IMG/VR virus record: IMGVR_UViG_3300020198_000887 | Coordinates: 78,295 to 142,294 of that record | Reading direction: 5' to 3' (one strand) | Length of the DNA: 64,000 nucleotides | Source of the DNA: a virus | Shown: positions 22,801-31,764 of the stretch, piece by piece | Position numbering within the stretch: the first letter of the stretch is position 1 | Layout of the letters: every line of letters starts with the position of its first letter | Notes under the pieces: generated by a model | Told to the model about the DNA's origin: nothing | The model's database searches: none | Seen by the model: only the letters and a program-made list of their open reading frames with translations | Made by a program: the position numbers and the translations under genes

Positions 22801-25800
22801 ATATAACAACATGCTCTTTTTGAACCAAATAAAAACTAGCCCCAAATATTCCATCACCATTTGTTGCTGTATATGAAACTATATTATTTTCAACATATGA
22901 ATTCATGAATTCATCTGAAATTGAAATACCATTTACATCCACTAGTTCATATTCATTAAATTGGTTTCGTATATCTTCAACAGAACTTAGGTCAGTTTTA
23001 AACTTAATTCCATACGCACATGGACTCAATGATAATACAGAGCTACCAATAATACTCCTGCCGCCAACCTTTTCAAACAAATGAAAATCAAACTGGGCAG
23101 TGCCAGTAAATGACATACGTGCTTTATAATATTCACCACTGAATACTACTAATTCCCCAAATGAATAATCAGTATATGGTTTCCATAAAGTCCAGTTCTC
23201 ACCACTAACTGCCCAGTTTTGTAATGTCCAGAACATAAATTCGTTGACACTAGTTAACCAGTTGGCAACATGTGATACCGTTGTTCTAAATTCATCAAAA
23301 ATAAATCCTACGTCCTGTAAATATTCACTATACCCCAACATAAAATCAACGACTTCTTGAACACCCCCCAAAACAGTGCCATATGGCAACACAAAAACTT
23401 CCCGTTTATCTACCTTCGTTTTTATAACTGCGTCACACCCACCAATTGATGGTAATGATGGCAATGCCACATATCGTAATGGGTCAAATTCTTCACCAGA
23501 GGTATGTGATTCGATAACCCGGTAAAATCTTCCATAATATAAAACAATTTTTCCAACAACATATTCGTTAGTAGGACCCCAAGTTGAATAACTTTCAGAA
23601 ATCCCGCCAACTGTTATAGTAGAACCGCCTGGATTAAATTTATAATAATTAAAATATGGTTGTTTTTTACTATACCCGGTTATCTCATATCCAGAATCCA
23701 ACTTGGTAATTATTATCCCACTATACGTTAGTTTTTTTACACTTGACGACGAGTTTAAAATAATGTCATAATTTTCTTGTGGTACAAATATACCAGATGT
23801 CGCCATTGGATTTTTTGAATCAAGTATTAGGTTAAACTTTTCTTTACTAGTAAAGGCACCCACTCTATATGATAATTTAGCAGTGATATTTGATAAATTA
23901 AATTTATATTTGTTATATGTTGTTACATTGTCACCACTAATATAATTAACAAGATAGTTTATTATTCCAGATGTTTTAATAGATGCGCCGTTAGCATATA
24001 CACTAGGAATTTTGACATCAGATGGCTTCATTCTTACACCAGTATCTTTATACACCAGCTGTCCAGCCAAATTTCGAACTATCCTAGATCTATCAAAAAT
24101 CAACCCAAATACTTTTGATGGATTCATTAATATTAACGTCAATACAACACTGAATGAATAATGTGAACTTCTTCTCCATGCAGCCTCTACCGGACCAACA
24201 TCCCCGAACACATACTCACTAGATGAAACCTGTGAATAGTTCCCTGTAACTATTCCGGTTTCAAGTGGGCTTCTGATTACACCATTCTCGTCAACTGGAA
24301 TATAGTCTAACAAGAATAATTTTTTATACTTTGGAAGGGTAATGATTTTCTTACCCGGTTCTTTCACTAATCCATTACGTATATCTTCCCACATTACTAA
24401 ATTGTTACTTGTATATGGCGCTGGTCCATACGCAGATTTCCACCATTGTGGTTCATCCGAAAACCCAAGCATTTCCCACGGTCTGATACCTGGTTGATCA
24501 GTATCCAACATCCACCGGTATATACCTCTCCAATACCCAGGAACTATACTTGTTTTATCAAATGTTTTGTATCCATCATAATTATAAGTTATCGAATGTT
24601 GTTTATCATACCCGTGTTGTTTTTTATAATCTCTGCCAATATTTTGCATCCAACTATAAAAATTAGAAGACAATATGTTATTAAATTCTTGTAGACTGTA
24701 ATCAGTTTTTCTATTAAAACTTGGGATAAAATCCGTTATATCAAAAATAGAAGGATCATAAGATACTTTTATATTGTTATAAATTCGTTTTTCTAATTCT
24801 AGTATCAGGTCATCACGATAATCACCATATGCCAAAATTTGGCTTCCATCATGCCCTTGAATTATACGGCGATGATATATGAATGATGTATCATCATAAA
24901 TCAGTGGGTCATATGTTGGTAATATACCCAATTTTGAGGGGGTTTCTGGAATAAAACACCCATTTGTATTTTCATATTCGTAAACACTAATGATATCCCC
25001 ATCTGACATATCCGCAGAAATTACGACAAATCCGTCAGCGTCAAATTCATATTGATGTTCGTGTAATAACTGCTGATTATTCAAATAGACCAACACAGCT
25101 TTATTTGACAATTCAGTCAAATTGAATATCTCACTCAATGGATATTTTTTGATTCTATAGTCAAATACCGTGAAATCTGTTTTTATGTTTGCACCATACG
25201 GGACCATATCACTGAAATAATACGGAGAACTTTTTGGTGAATTTTTATTCATGTCTTGTAGTATCAAGTCAACATGTTGTCTAGGTTCAGCATGAACCCC
25301 AAGGCTTGCGGCAACTGACAAAAACTTTCTTTTAAATTTATCGTAATCAGCCCTACTTTTTTCAATTGCCCGAATAATATTATGTTCAGATGATGCAATA
25401 TGGTAGGTTGATAAACTGGCAGGGCCACTATGCTGAACAAATCTAGTTCCATATGGAGCAGTATTCCCAAGATCTCGCAAATTACTGACCCCTGGATATT
25501 TTCCAGTAAATGATATCAAATTATCAACTATGGTATTAACATGGTCAATAACTTCCCCTAGTGTAAATTCATAAATTTCCTCATTTAATGGGTTATTTTG
25601 TAAATTTAACGGCGGTTCATAAAACCCATTTTTATTAATTGGTTGTTTTGCAAATGCCCTAATGGTCAACACATCCGATTCGGCAAAAGTAACTAATTTG
25701 TTATCCAAAATGATTCTACCATTACTTTCATATGTCCACTCCGACGTGTCAAGTCTAATACCATTTTTGTAAACTCTCAATATTAAATCTTTCAAATCAT

Positions 25801-27832
25801 CAATGTCATCATATATGTCCAATCGGAATTTGTCAGTCAATCCTGAATTTTTGTAAATTCTCACCGCAGCCTGTGTAGTATGTGATATGTTCTTCTGCCA
25901 TCCATTCACATACGCAGTGTCTCCATTTGCATGTGTTTTTACAAGATATCCATCATTTATTATTTTATTAATTACGTTTTTATTTCTTTTATAATCAAAC
26001 GAATCAAAAAGAATGTTGAAATTAAAAACAATATCACCAATATTGTTTATATTTTTATAAGACAGCGGGAAGCCCAATGTTTTATCATCGATACCACTTC
26101 CTACTTTATAAGAAAATAGTTTTGTTCCACTAAATGTTGTGCCAATATAGGTATTAGAATCACCAAAACTTATTTTATCAAATCCGACAATATCAAATAA
26201 CGGTGCCTGATTTATTGATGTTTTTTCTTGGGCTTTTATCCAGGATTCCCCGTTGAACCAATACATAGTTCCTTTATTATGAATCCCGTCTCTGATTAAC
26301 ACTGACTGATTTACGACCGGAAAATTTTCTTTTACTAATCGTATTTGTTTTTGTAATTTCCCGTTAATACTAGTTTGCGTCAAATCAATAAATTCAACTT
26401 TATAAACATTATTTTTAACTAATACATCAGTATCCGCGGTGAATAAAATACGTTGTCCATGTACTAACTCAATACCATCAATATTGTACCCAGTCGCCCC
26501 TTCGATAATTGAAAATACGTCAGTTGTAAACGTGTCAATAAGATCAACATCATTTCCAGCAATTGTTCCAAAATTATACAACTTCAAACTAGCTTCAAAT
26601 TCTATAATTGGTCTAGTTGCTCGTAATAAATTATCAATTGTGACAACATTATCATTAATTGATGCTGTTTTTTCAATTATGTCTTTATGAAACCATCTGT
26701 TAAGTCTAGCCCATGGGTTTTTATCAATACTTGCCCGGTTTATAACAATATAGTCTTGTTTATTAGCATAAGCGGTTGCATCATTGAATGGTGTATTATC
26801 AAATGGTGTTGTGTCGAACGGGATATTTTGTGATGTTGTATAATCACAAATCACTTCAGTATCACGTTCTGGTATTAACACAATTGCAGTACCAACACCT
26901 TCAACGTAATATTGACCAGTAGAATACTCTGCTGGTATAATATTACCACCGAATGATATCTTCATACCATTACTTAATGTAATCCCATCATGGGTTGTAT
27001 ATGCTGATTTACCTATAATCTCATTTTTAACATCCAGTGAGGTGTTTTCAACAATATCATGAATATGAATAACCCCACCAACATCAATATTCACAGTGCT
27101 TTGATAATACAAAACATCAGGAGAATCATATCCCAGTGTCAACTCTATTACCCCATCTTCCACAATTTGGGTAACTGTATCAATAATACCTGGTGTTCGT
27201 CTAGTTTTTATACAAAATGGGTTTCCTACTGCCGAAACTTCAAACCTATATGTTTGTCCCCTATATAATTTTATAAATGGGTTTTTAGTAACACCATTTG
27301 GTGTGAACACGTATGCTGGTGTAATAGTGGTTTCATCAAGAGTTACAGTAAATACACTGACCGTTTTTTCCTTCTGTCCTCGTACAGTAATTATTTCAGG
27401 GCCATATGGTAACCAATAATAATTCTGAAAGTTAACAAATTTATCCCAATCAATATGCGGATCCCAGCTGTAAAACTCTTGTTTGTTTAACCGTGCATGA
27501 TTCGACGTATTTGCATTAAAAATAGCCAATTGGTTAATATAATCTTGGTAATCTTTAAAAAACGTGGTATTACCATTTGTGTCTTTAATGGTGAAACCAG
27601 GTTCTAGCTGATAATTTTGTCTAGTCGGCGTGGCCGCAGCTATAAAAACATCATCACCACCCGTGGTTTTAGAATTTTGTCTGCCAATATACCCATCTAC
27701 CTTCTTGACTGTTCCTGGTTGAACCATGTTATCAATGGTTGATTGTAGAAATTTTTTATTTGCTGCAGTTTTATATATATTAGGTATAAAATTTTCAGAA
27801 ATACTTGATCGTTGATTTTTACTATCGGTCAT
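13811..27832 (-). CDS. Giant (4673 aa) baseplate wedge / virion structural protein, in the gp7 position
   Basis: Directly follows the gp6-like gene; EVKPYRTQIRE motif, FG-GAP-like repeats, CBM5/12-like W....Y..G..V.Y motifs, I..GGSGY...P.V.I repeats. Confidence 0.7.
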   Translation of the reverse strand: MTDSKNQRSSISENFIPNIYKTAANKKFLQSTIDNMVQPGTVKKVDGYIGRQNSKTTGGDDVFIAAATPTRQNYQLEPGFTIKDTNGNTTFFKDYQDYINQLAIFNANTSNHARLNKQEFYSWDPHIDWDKFVNFQNYYWLPYGPEIITVRGQKEKTVSVFTVTLDETTITPAYVFTPNGVTKNPFIKLYRGQTYRFEVSAVGNPFCIKTRRTPGIIDTVTQIVEDGVIELTLGYDSPDVLYYQSTVNIDVGGVIHIHDIVENTSLDVKNEIIGKSAYTTHDGITLSNGMKISFGGNIIPAEYSTGQYYVEGVGTAIVLIPERDTEVICDYTTSQNIPFDTTPFDNTPFNDATAYANKQDYIVINRASIDKNPWARLNRWFHKDIIEKTASINDNVVTIDNLLRATRPIIEFEASLKLYNFGTIAGNDVDLIDTFTTDVFSIIEGATGYNIDGIELVHGQRILFTADTDVLVKNNVYKVEFIDLTQTSINGKLQKQIRLVKENFPVVNQSVLIRDGIHNKGTMYWFNGESWIKAQEKTSINQAPLFDIVGFDKISFGDSNTYIGTTFSGTKLFSYKVGSGIDDKTLGFPLSYKNINNIGDIVFNFNILFDSFDYKRNKNVINKIINDGYLVKTHANGDTAYVNGWQKNISHTTQAAVRIYKNSGLTDKFRLDIYDDIDDLKDLILRVYKNGIRLDTSEWTYESNGRIILDNKLVTFAESDVLTIRAFAKQPINKNGFYEPPLNLQNNPLNEEIYEFTLGEVIDHVNTIVDNLISFTGKYPGVSNLRDLGNTAPYGTRFVQHSGPASLSTYHIASSEHNIIRAIEKSRADYDKFKRKFLSVAASLGVHAEPRQHVDLILQDMNKNSPKSSPYYFSDMVPYGANIKTDFTVFDYRIKKYPLSEIFNLTELSNKAVLVYLNNQQLLHEHQYEFDADGFVVISADMSDGDIISVYEYENTNGCFIPETPSKLGILPTYDPLIYDDTSFIYHRRIIQGHDGSQILAYGDYRDDLILELEKRIYNNIKVSYDPSIFDITDFIPSFNRKTDYSLQEFNNILSSNFYSWMQNIGRDYKKQHGYDKQHSITYNYDGYKTFDKTSIVPGYWRGIYRWMLDTDQPGIRPWEMLGFSDEPQWWKSAYGPAPYTSNNLVMWEDIRNGLVKEPGKKIITLPKYKKLFLLDYIPVDENGVIRSPLETGIVTGNYSQVSSSEYVFGDVGPVEAAWRRSSHYSFSVVLTLILMNPSKVFGLIFDRSRIVRNLAGQLVYKDTGVRMKPSDVKIPSVYANGASIKTSGIINYLVNYISGDNVTTYNKYKFNLSNITAKLSYRVGAFTSKEKFNLILDSKNPMATSGIFVPQENYDIILNSSSSVKKLTYSGIIITKLDSGYEITGYSKKQPYFNYYKFNPGGSTITVGGISESYSTWGPTNEYVVGKIVLYYGRFYRVIESHTSGEEFDPLRYVALPSLPSIGGCDAVIKTKVDKREVFVLPYGTVLGGVQEVVDFMLGYSEYLQDVGFIFDEFRTTVSHVANWLTSVNEFMFWTLQNWAVSGENWTLWKPYTDYSFGELVVFSGEYYKARMSFTGTAQFDFHLFEKVGGRSIIGSSVLSLSPCAYGIKFKTDLSSVEDIRNQFNEYELVDVNGISISDEFMNSYVENNIVSYTATNGDGIFGASFYLVQKEHVVIFDNNTIFNDTIYNPVSGYKQERIKLSGYVSMNWNGTFSIPGFIFDQAYIQEWVAWQNYAMGDVVKYKEYYYSANKFNPGTETFDDARWVRLTKKPEPSLLPNWSYKASQFEDFYSLDSDNFDIGQQKMAQHLVGYQKRQYLENIIQNDVSEFKFYQGMLPEKGTANVLNKLFDVLSSDGQESLRFYEEWALRLGQYGASSAYENIEFVLQEDKFKINPQGIQLANVTGNTPFDFIIRQSESDVYLKPPAYNSNPWPVTTKNQTLLRTPGYVRTMDVQFVISSMDELLSKNISEFSLGDYIWNTFGGTPWDPVSWDVYQLVNANIDVLNVTSSGTTIKIITTKLVDLQVGDYIGINNISLFSGFYKISDINLTSIIIKAAIDITIFNEQSKIIIYKLVSKRTKTIDDIDLNYSRTMPGDMRWIDNTGSNKWGVIEYNPVYKKDTIKNVNQIYNLGFGTRVALNDNANIAAVATASHEIILNLKSGIRNQWSRSQLLTQPYISEDMMGVYYTEETTNLISVETVEPLSVGEMISFSNSIGGLDNKSSYYILSIDKYSNKITVSDSFSGSAKKLQSSVVILKTTSTVNTIHIANAAIFQVGQEVRFANSVGGLISDTRYYIAAIVNTTTIKVSLTVNGGEVQLTTATGSITLTYSIVSTISDMVFSGDSKWVAIGYSSASYSNNSYLGEYNTDYSYAARSVVSYNNRLYTALGEIGMHHEPDAYNSEWMEISLLEVAPQLKPSNLLNHGVVAIYEQDSKTKLYSLLHVVMSPRPCANENFGHSIAFRNDTLYVGAPGSSDNSGRVYKIDFNPIINATSYYNPNGSAGTTLVISSALGIEVGDIIVGAGFNGHSVMRIIDAATIELSAKPDYTPSGKIQFIKYAWQYDYLQVLVGSENSKFGTELHFSNDNSTLVIAAPNTTSIGGVVKVYSVSDDSIILRSTIAEQTIADGNSISISGDGEFVAISDAVYSMNVPDQNINLVEVGKVSIYSKDGELTSTLVNILPESMQHFGSKVFFMNGSNTLVVYSENSDSKQSLSFNDNTTFDNKTTLFVTKQPNSGRVDIYDRYLTNWVFGESLEVECHDAEYYGKSVAVSRNTILVGAPFGIDQSVISGKVYEYTKLSLNSYSWTMKHTEVPRPDVTKIKQAFLYNKNSNKLITYLDIIDPIQGKIAGVVEEEIDYKTFYDPAIYSKGTDGVTVDDGLAWTKSYVGRVWWDLRTAKFVNSYDDNILYRTNTWNTLAYGASIDIYEWVETTTLPSLWDKLADTEEGLVNNISGMTLYGDKSYSIVRKYDNISQTFKNTYYFWVKNKKTIPNVAGRRISSYDASSIIANPRGVGRQYLALTGTNSFSLTNIKPLLNDNDVVLSVEYWTGDKTDQNIHTEWKIISSDTTTIIPSRIEEKWVDSLCGKDESNRLVPDMGVPPKLRYGIEAIPRQSMFVNRFEILKQLIVQTNAVLKANLITDTRDISILSRYDNYPSTTRGLYDSVVDTYEELQLTNITLFKRPVLTPIIVDGRIVDVTIINKGNGYKNVSYIEVVGSGKGAVLKTKINSAGQITGVDVISGGNGYDNNTVLFVRDYSILVYSDSQSGDKWGIYSYDPINKLWSKVKSQSYDVSEYWEYIDWYADDYTKHTKIHHSVDTFADISSKTVKIGELVKVRLTNNGKWVLLVKYSDAISVDWTMSYRVVGSQQGTIQFKSSLYEFSNTGSGYDGILFDSGTYDDNASIELRFIFNVIKNNIFIDNLKHHYLNLFFTSIRYALSEQTYVDWVFKTSFVKAKHNVGELHQPSGYRNDNLQNFEDYVAEVKPYRTQIREYISSYEKLDMGGVSTTDFDVPPLYNRHLLLSVNNSTITHDETLDTYPWRHWADNVGFSVTSITIIDGGSGYINEPIVTIVGASKSTSIAKAYIAHGKVTRIVMVSNGSGYLQAPHVKIEGGLSENGVSATAIATIGDGVVRSNMLKIKFDRITQTYFITQLQETEEFTGTGTRLQFSLTWAPNLILTNTSVIVDGQTVVKSNYKMDIRKSKTRGYTSYYGTITFNSAPAVKSKISVTYVKDWSLLNASDRIQYYYNPTSGELGNDLAQLMSGVDYGGVIVSGLGFAQTGGWDSIPYYSDRWDSKDPTFDDYIVMTSANEHEFTLPYIPTAGTVINVYHNGIKIDDPYYGTESQTNKHARMASWVADGVRHTVTIPNSYSDIDGIIQPIVIKNSDQIILRKITSDGAPNPSEYDYDTTLVGGDLAYQSAVGINADDIIVDGDGFVTPTTSPATEEVVPGQVVDAVAIKVFEKSYSGSASIKIDNFITDGVSKTYTMTHQINNSQAVIVKVSNGTTSTIKEQGVDYIVNLRNNSITFVTPPPINHIVSIYSFGVNGVKILDINSVISTGETTGILTTVSYKTNINAMVYVNGVNVSYTVSKENGFVKINLAIPPANDSLVTYVVFDGELYSFAVTKTENIIADGRPAGVPYNIQSVVGDSLPVESKMLVFVGNKVLKAPVNNYYTIKNSILTYVIDAIKFQPHTVNIEDFEVIVDGNKLKVSSDYTVDLSCISITINKRVYKKYNNKEMIVSITRDNEYFYIPATHTESAKIQFTDQHESGKTISIVSSYKHENIISHETGFNVSDILVDLYSPTYYSYVNIKGGVIPLENAVMDDSYVWVIKNDSLLTSSVDYKLNSDKRSITLGKKSKVNDTFTIITYSNNILKSGISYMQFKDMLNRTHFKRLSLSKQTTLAHDLKWNDTSIIVSDASNFDEPNPLLNRPGIIEIRGERIEYFNKNGNVLSQLRRGTLGTGTPLMHSVGANVQDIGTSETIPYRDHTITEQIVSDGTTIVPLKFIPEKSTNVWDYRSSIPLDYGQCNSIEVFVGGYANNTPWVPNVLYTVGTLVVNGSYTYKCVTEHTSSMMFADDSTKWEFFIGNIRLKKAPYKVHNVGKHMDSPEGDINFDADFAVDGVASEIVLTNKLEAGTHITVVKRTGRAWNVTLDMNSDISEVATFLKTTPGIWYSPY

Positions 27833-30800
27833 TAATTACTCCAATTTGATGAACTTAATATGGTTTGTTGTGGGATACTAGAGTTCACAGTTGTACCACT
27901 TAATGATTTTATGTTACTTGTCGTCAATCCAGCCACAATTTCAATATCATCAACGGTCGCACCATTGACAAATAATTGGTTGTTTGCTGATTTGATTTCA
28001 AACAAGTTACCAAAGGTTAACCCAGATTGCTTTGGAACTATGACAAAATTAGAAATATTAGGCGCTACTGAATTCATTACATGGGTGGATAATTCAGAAA
28101 AATAAAACGTATCCCCAAAATCCCAATTTTCAATTGAAAAGAAATTGGTAATAGCCGTGATTACCCGGGTTTTAATGTCATTGTCAGAAATAACCACCCC
28201 CGGAGTTTTTGTCACTTTAAATGTTGCTTGTAACTCGACATCTGCCAGTGCGCCAAATAATACTTTATAGCCTACCGTATGATATATTACTTCATCTGAT
28301 ATTGCTTTTATTAAATTCAATTTCGGAGATAATGTGTTATACAATTCGTCGGTACTCGGCGGCAATGGTTTTGATGTAATTGCACCGCGAACCCACTGTC
28401 TGTATGCTATATCATAATCTTTCGTTAAAACATATACATCTATTAAATTACTAACCCCTGGATCTATGCGTGATTCGTAATCAGCAGTATGTGTGTACTG
28501 GAATTTTAACCCACCCCTACCAACACATACCTTGTAATCCAATGATGCAACCAATTCACCATTTGTATATTTTTTTACTACATTGGTATCAACAAAATAA
28601 AAACATTGCCCTTCTACTTTCTCCGAATAAGCCAATGCTTCAGATTGCTTAATTATTACTACATCTGATGAATTATCAATATATCTGTATTCTTCTTGTC
28701 CGTATGAAATTAAATATTTTTCTTGAACAATATATTTGTTTTTTAATGGTATGTTTTCATTTGGTTGAACTATTTTAATAAACAATTCAGGATCATCAAC
28801 CACCCCGTTGTTGTCGCTATCAGCAAACGTAATTATTACTTTTTTAGTATCAATATATCCATCTATTCCAACATACTCAGACACAATATCCCATTTCATA
28901 TCAGTAGTATATGGAAGTGTTAAATTTGGCTGATTATTAATGCTCAGTACACTTATTAAATCACGAACTAATTTGTTTTTCCGGGTGTCATAAACTTTAT
29001 TATTACTATCAAAATAAAATCTTATCTCTTTGTCGCTCTCAAATACATATCTAGATTCCCGACTGGTTACTGTATAATATTCATTGTCAGTTGTGAACAA
29101 CAACAGCCAACTTGCATCTTTATGCGCATTATTTGCACTACCTTGATTACCTAGACTAAATTCACTTTTATAATCTAAATTTAATTCATACACAATCTTC
29201 CATGTTTGGGTAATTGAATCATACCGCAACCCAAATGGCTTATTTGCAAATATCAAATCTATCATACCAGATATAACATCAGAACTTATAACTGTTCTCC
29301 AAGATGGTATTATTTGACTAATTATCGGTCTTACTGGGGTTGATGGCAACGTAATATTCAATAATATCGGACCTTCACCATTAGACAACACTTTCGTCCC
29401 ATTTCCGGAAACCGACACAACTTCTGCCCACAACGAACTTTCTTTCCCTATTCCAGTAGTCGTAACTAATGCATTTGAATTCAATGTGTCAAAATAATAC
29501 CCAGTAGGTGCATTAAATTTCACCAATGCTCCAGATTTTATATATTTTAAATTATTATTCGTGTATTTCCCAACTTGTTGAATATCATTGTTATTATCTG
29601 TGATATACCCAGTTACCGATGAAGGATCACTCGTAATTGTCGCCCATTCACTTCCCAAATTATCAGTAACATTGTTAATATAATTAATATAATAAAAATT
29701 TCTTAGTTCAGTCTTCTTAATAATATTAAAAATTTTATTATATATCACACCTTCAATATCAGTTTTAGTTGCATAATTAAATGATATTGAATTCACATAA
29801 ACTTCCTTATAAACAACCCCATCAGTCGCAAACAAATTTGTTGAGCTATATTTTCCGGTTGGGTCAACCAAATCAAAATATCTGCTTATACCACTCGCTG
29901 ACCTGTTAACTGCTTTGACTTTTAGTACTTGCTGATTTACTGATAGTGGGCCAATATTATAATCTTCGCCAGTAATCATTCTGTTTTGGGTATAATATGT
30001 TGCAGGTGCATTTGCTTTTACACTGGCGTTTGTTTCTGCAGTGGATGCATTTGATACGGAATATGTTAAACCCAAGGTCAACGTTAATGTTTCGCGCTGG
30101 CCATAGGATGATATATATGGGATTGTAAGTGAAATATTTTTTATATCTCCTGGGTTAATAGTATATGACATTCCATTACTAATTCTATAATAAACTCTAA
30201 AATCACCAAGAGGAATGTTCCCAAAAGTTCCATCACTAAATTGCAAACTTACAGAATCACCGGTTTTTGTAATAACACTAAAAATATTTCTTACATTTTT
30301 ATTTAAACTGTTATAGATAATGTTGTTCCCTTCTAAACTAGGTACTGGGGTCCATTCTTCCGATTCATACCCATTTTTATCCAATCTATATAACCATATA
30401 TCGGTATTGTTTATTCCCTGTGTAGTAATGTCCATCGACTCGGTGGTACTAGGTTGTGAAATGTTAAAATTACCATATTTCATCACGCCCTGTGTAAAGT
30501 TAAAAAAGAATCCGGTACGAGAACTTCCGAATCCCATCCCGTCATCACGGTATATACACGCAGGTTTGTTACCTAATTTAGGTGTTTCTTCATAGATATA
30601 CGATTCACCATTGAAAGTAGTACTAGTTACTTCAAAACTCATAGACCGACCAGACACAGTTTTTGAAAAACTATACACCGGCACATCTATGTTAGATGAA
30701 TTAAATCTATATTGTTCGGTAGGAATTCCATATATGACAGCTTTATCGGCTGGATTCCCAAATTGTTGTGTGCCTAACATCGCAGCGTTCATGACTTTAA

Positions 30801-31269
30801 TAAATTGGTCGTGCCAATTTGTGTTAGAGGTAGCATTCCAACCAACTACTTGGTTCGCAACATTTCTCCCATTGCTATCAATAACGGTTTGTGATGTTTG
30901 GACACTTGTGATTTTTAACAACCCAGTAGCAGCGGCATTTCGCTTGACGTTATACCCAACTAGTCTAGCTAACCGTAATATACTTTCCCGGCGTTCTGCC
31001 AACTCTAGAAAATTTTCACGTGCGTTTAAGTCAACCCGGAATGCAATGCTTTGCCCTAGAAAAGCAATTAAATCAATAAGTGCCAAATATTCAGAACTCT
31101 CAATATAATCATTAAAATCTTCTGGATAATTTTGTCTAATATAATCAATCATAGTTCTACGCAAATTTTCAAAATCGTAACTTTGAAAATCCGCATTTCT
31201 AAATGACTGATAAACCTTCTTCCAATCTTCAGCTACCAATAATCTATTCTGTCTGTCTAGTGCACTCAT
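27832..31269 (-). CDS. gp6: Baseplate wedge protein, T4 gp6-like
   Basis: DFQSYDFENLR..DFNDYIESSE..ARENFLELAERRESILRLARLVGY; QFSDGTFGNIP; TQNRMITGEDY. Confidence 0.85.
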   Translation of the reverse strand: MSALDRQNRLLVAEDWKKVYQSFRNADFQSYDFENLRRTMIDYIRQNYPEDFNDYIESSEYLALIDLIAFLGQSIAFRVDLNARENFLELAERRESILRLARLVGYNVKRNAAATGLLKITSVQTSQTVIDSNGRNVANQVVGWNATSNTNWHDQFIKVMNAAMLGTQQFGNPADKAVIYGIPTEQYRFNSSNIDVPVYSFSKTVSGRSMSFEVTSTTFNGESYIYEETPKLGNKPACIYRDDGMGFGSSRTGFFFNFTQGVMKYGNFNISQPSTTESMDITTQGINNTDIWLYRLDKNGYESEEWTPVPSLEGNNIIYNSLNKNVRNIFSVITKTGDSVSLQFSDGTFGNIPLGDFRVYYRISNGMSYTINPGDIKNISLTIPYISSYGQRETLTLTLGLTYSVSNASTAETNASVKANAPATYYTQNRMITGEDYNIGPLSVNQQVLKVKAVNRSASGISRYFDLVDPTGKYSSTNLFATDGVVYKEVYVNSISFNYATKTDIEGVIYNKIFNIIKKTELRNFYYINYINNVTDNLGSEWATITSDPSSVTGYITDNNNDIQQVGKYTNNNLKYIKSGALVKFNAPTGYYFDTLNSNALVTTTGIGKESSLWAEVVSVSGNGTKVLSNGEGPILLNITLPSTPVRPIISQIIPSWRTVISSDVISGMIDLIFANKPFGLRYDSITQTWKIVYELNLDYKSEFSLGNQGSANNAHKDASWLLLFTTDNEYYTVTSRESRYVFESDKEIRFYFDSNNKVYDTRKNKLVRDLISVLSINNQPNLTLPYTTDMKWDIVSEYVGIDGYIDTKKVIITFADSDNNGVVDDPELFIKIVQPNENIPLKNKYIVQEKYLISYGQEEYRYIDNSSDVVIIKQSEALAYSEKVEGQCFYFVDTNVVKKYTNGELVASLDYKVCVGRGGLKFQYTHTADYESRIDPGVSNLIDVYVLTKDYDIAYRQWVRGAITSKPLPPSTDELYNTLSPKLNLIKAISDEVIYHTVGYKVLFGALADVELQATFKVTKTPGVVISDNDIKTRVITAITNFFSIENWDFGDTFYFSELSTHVMNSVAPNISNFVIVPKQSGLTFGNLFEIKSANNQLFVNGATVDDIEIVAGLTTSNIKSLSGTTVNSSIPQQTILSSSNWSN

Positions 31270-31288
31270 AAGTTTGTCCTAATAAGTG

Positions 31289-31296
31289 TATTTATT
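31289..31296 (-). promoter_or_regulatory. Putative late promoter AATAAATA
   Basis: TAAATA box 20 nt upstream of the gp6 start, SD AGGA. Confidence 0.45.
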
Positions 31297-31317
31297 GAAT
31301 AAAATTATATGTGTAGT

Positions 31318-31761
31318 TTATCTTATAGATAACCCAGCAGTTTGATCAAACTGCAATTGCATTTTTTGTGAAATATTATATTGTAAAAACCTAAGAGTAC
31401 ATTCAATCCGAATACCAAATTCGTATCCAGTAACCATTACCCGTTCGGTTTGCAAACGTGGATCAGAATTCATTATTTTATTAACATTTTGAATAATTAA
31501 TGCCTTTGTTTGGTCGGTTAATGGTTCAAAAATTATATCCCAAATAATCGCACCAAAGGTAGGTTGCATCAATCGTTCACCTTGTCTTATTTGAAAATGA
31601 TTTAATAAATCTTGCTTTATCAATTCAAAATCATATAATTTAAAATTTTCGGTGTTTGCATTCACTGTGCTAAACCCTTTATACATTTTAGGAACTACTT
31701 GATTTTTGACATTTGATGCTTGTAATGATATCTTATTATATAAATTTTGATTAGAACTCAT
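31318..31761 (-). CDS. gp25: Baseplate wedge subunit / sheath initiator, gp25-like
   Basis: IKQDLLNHFQIRQGERLMQPTFGAIIWDIIFEP...DPRL motif. Confidence 0.9.
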   Translation of the reverse strand: MSSNQNLYNKISLQASNVKNQVVPKMYKGFSTVNANTENFKLYDFELIKQDLLNHFQIRQGERLMQPTFGAIIWDIIFEPLTDQTKALIIQNVNKIMNSDPRLQTERVMVTGYEFGIRIECTLRFLQYNISQKMQLQFDQTAGLSIR

Positions 31762-31764
31762 CTT

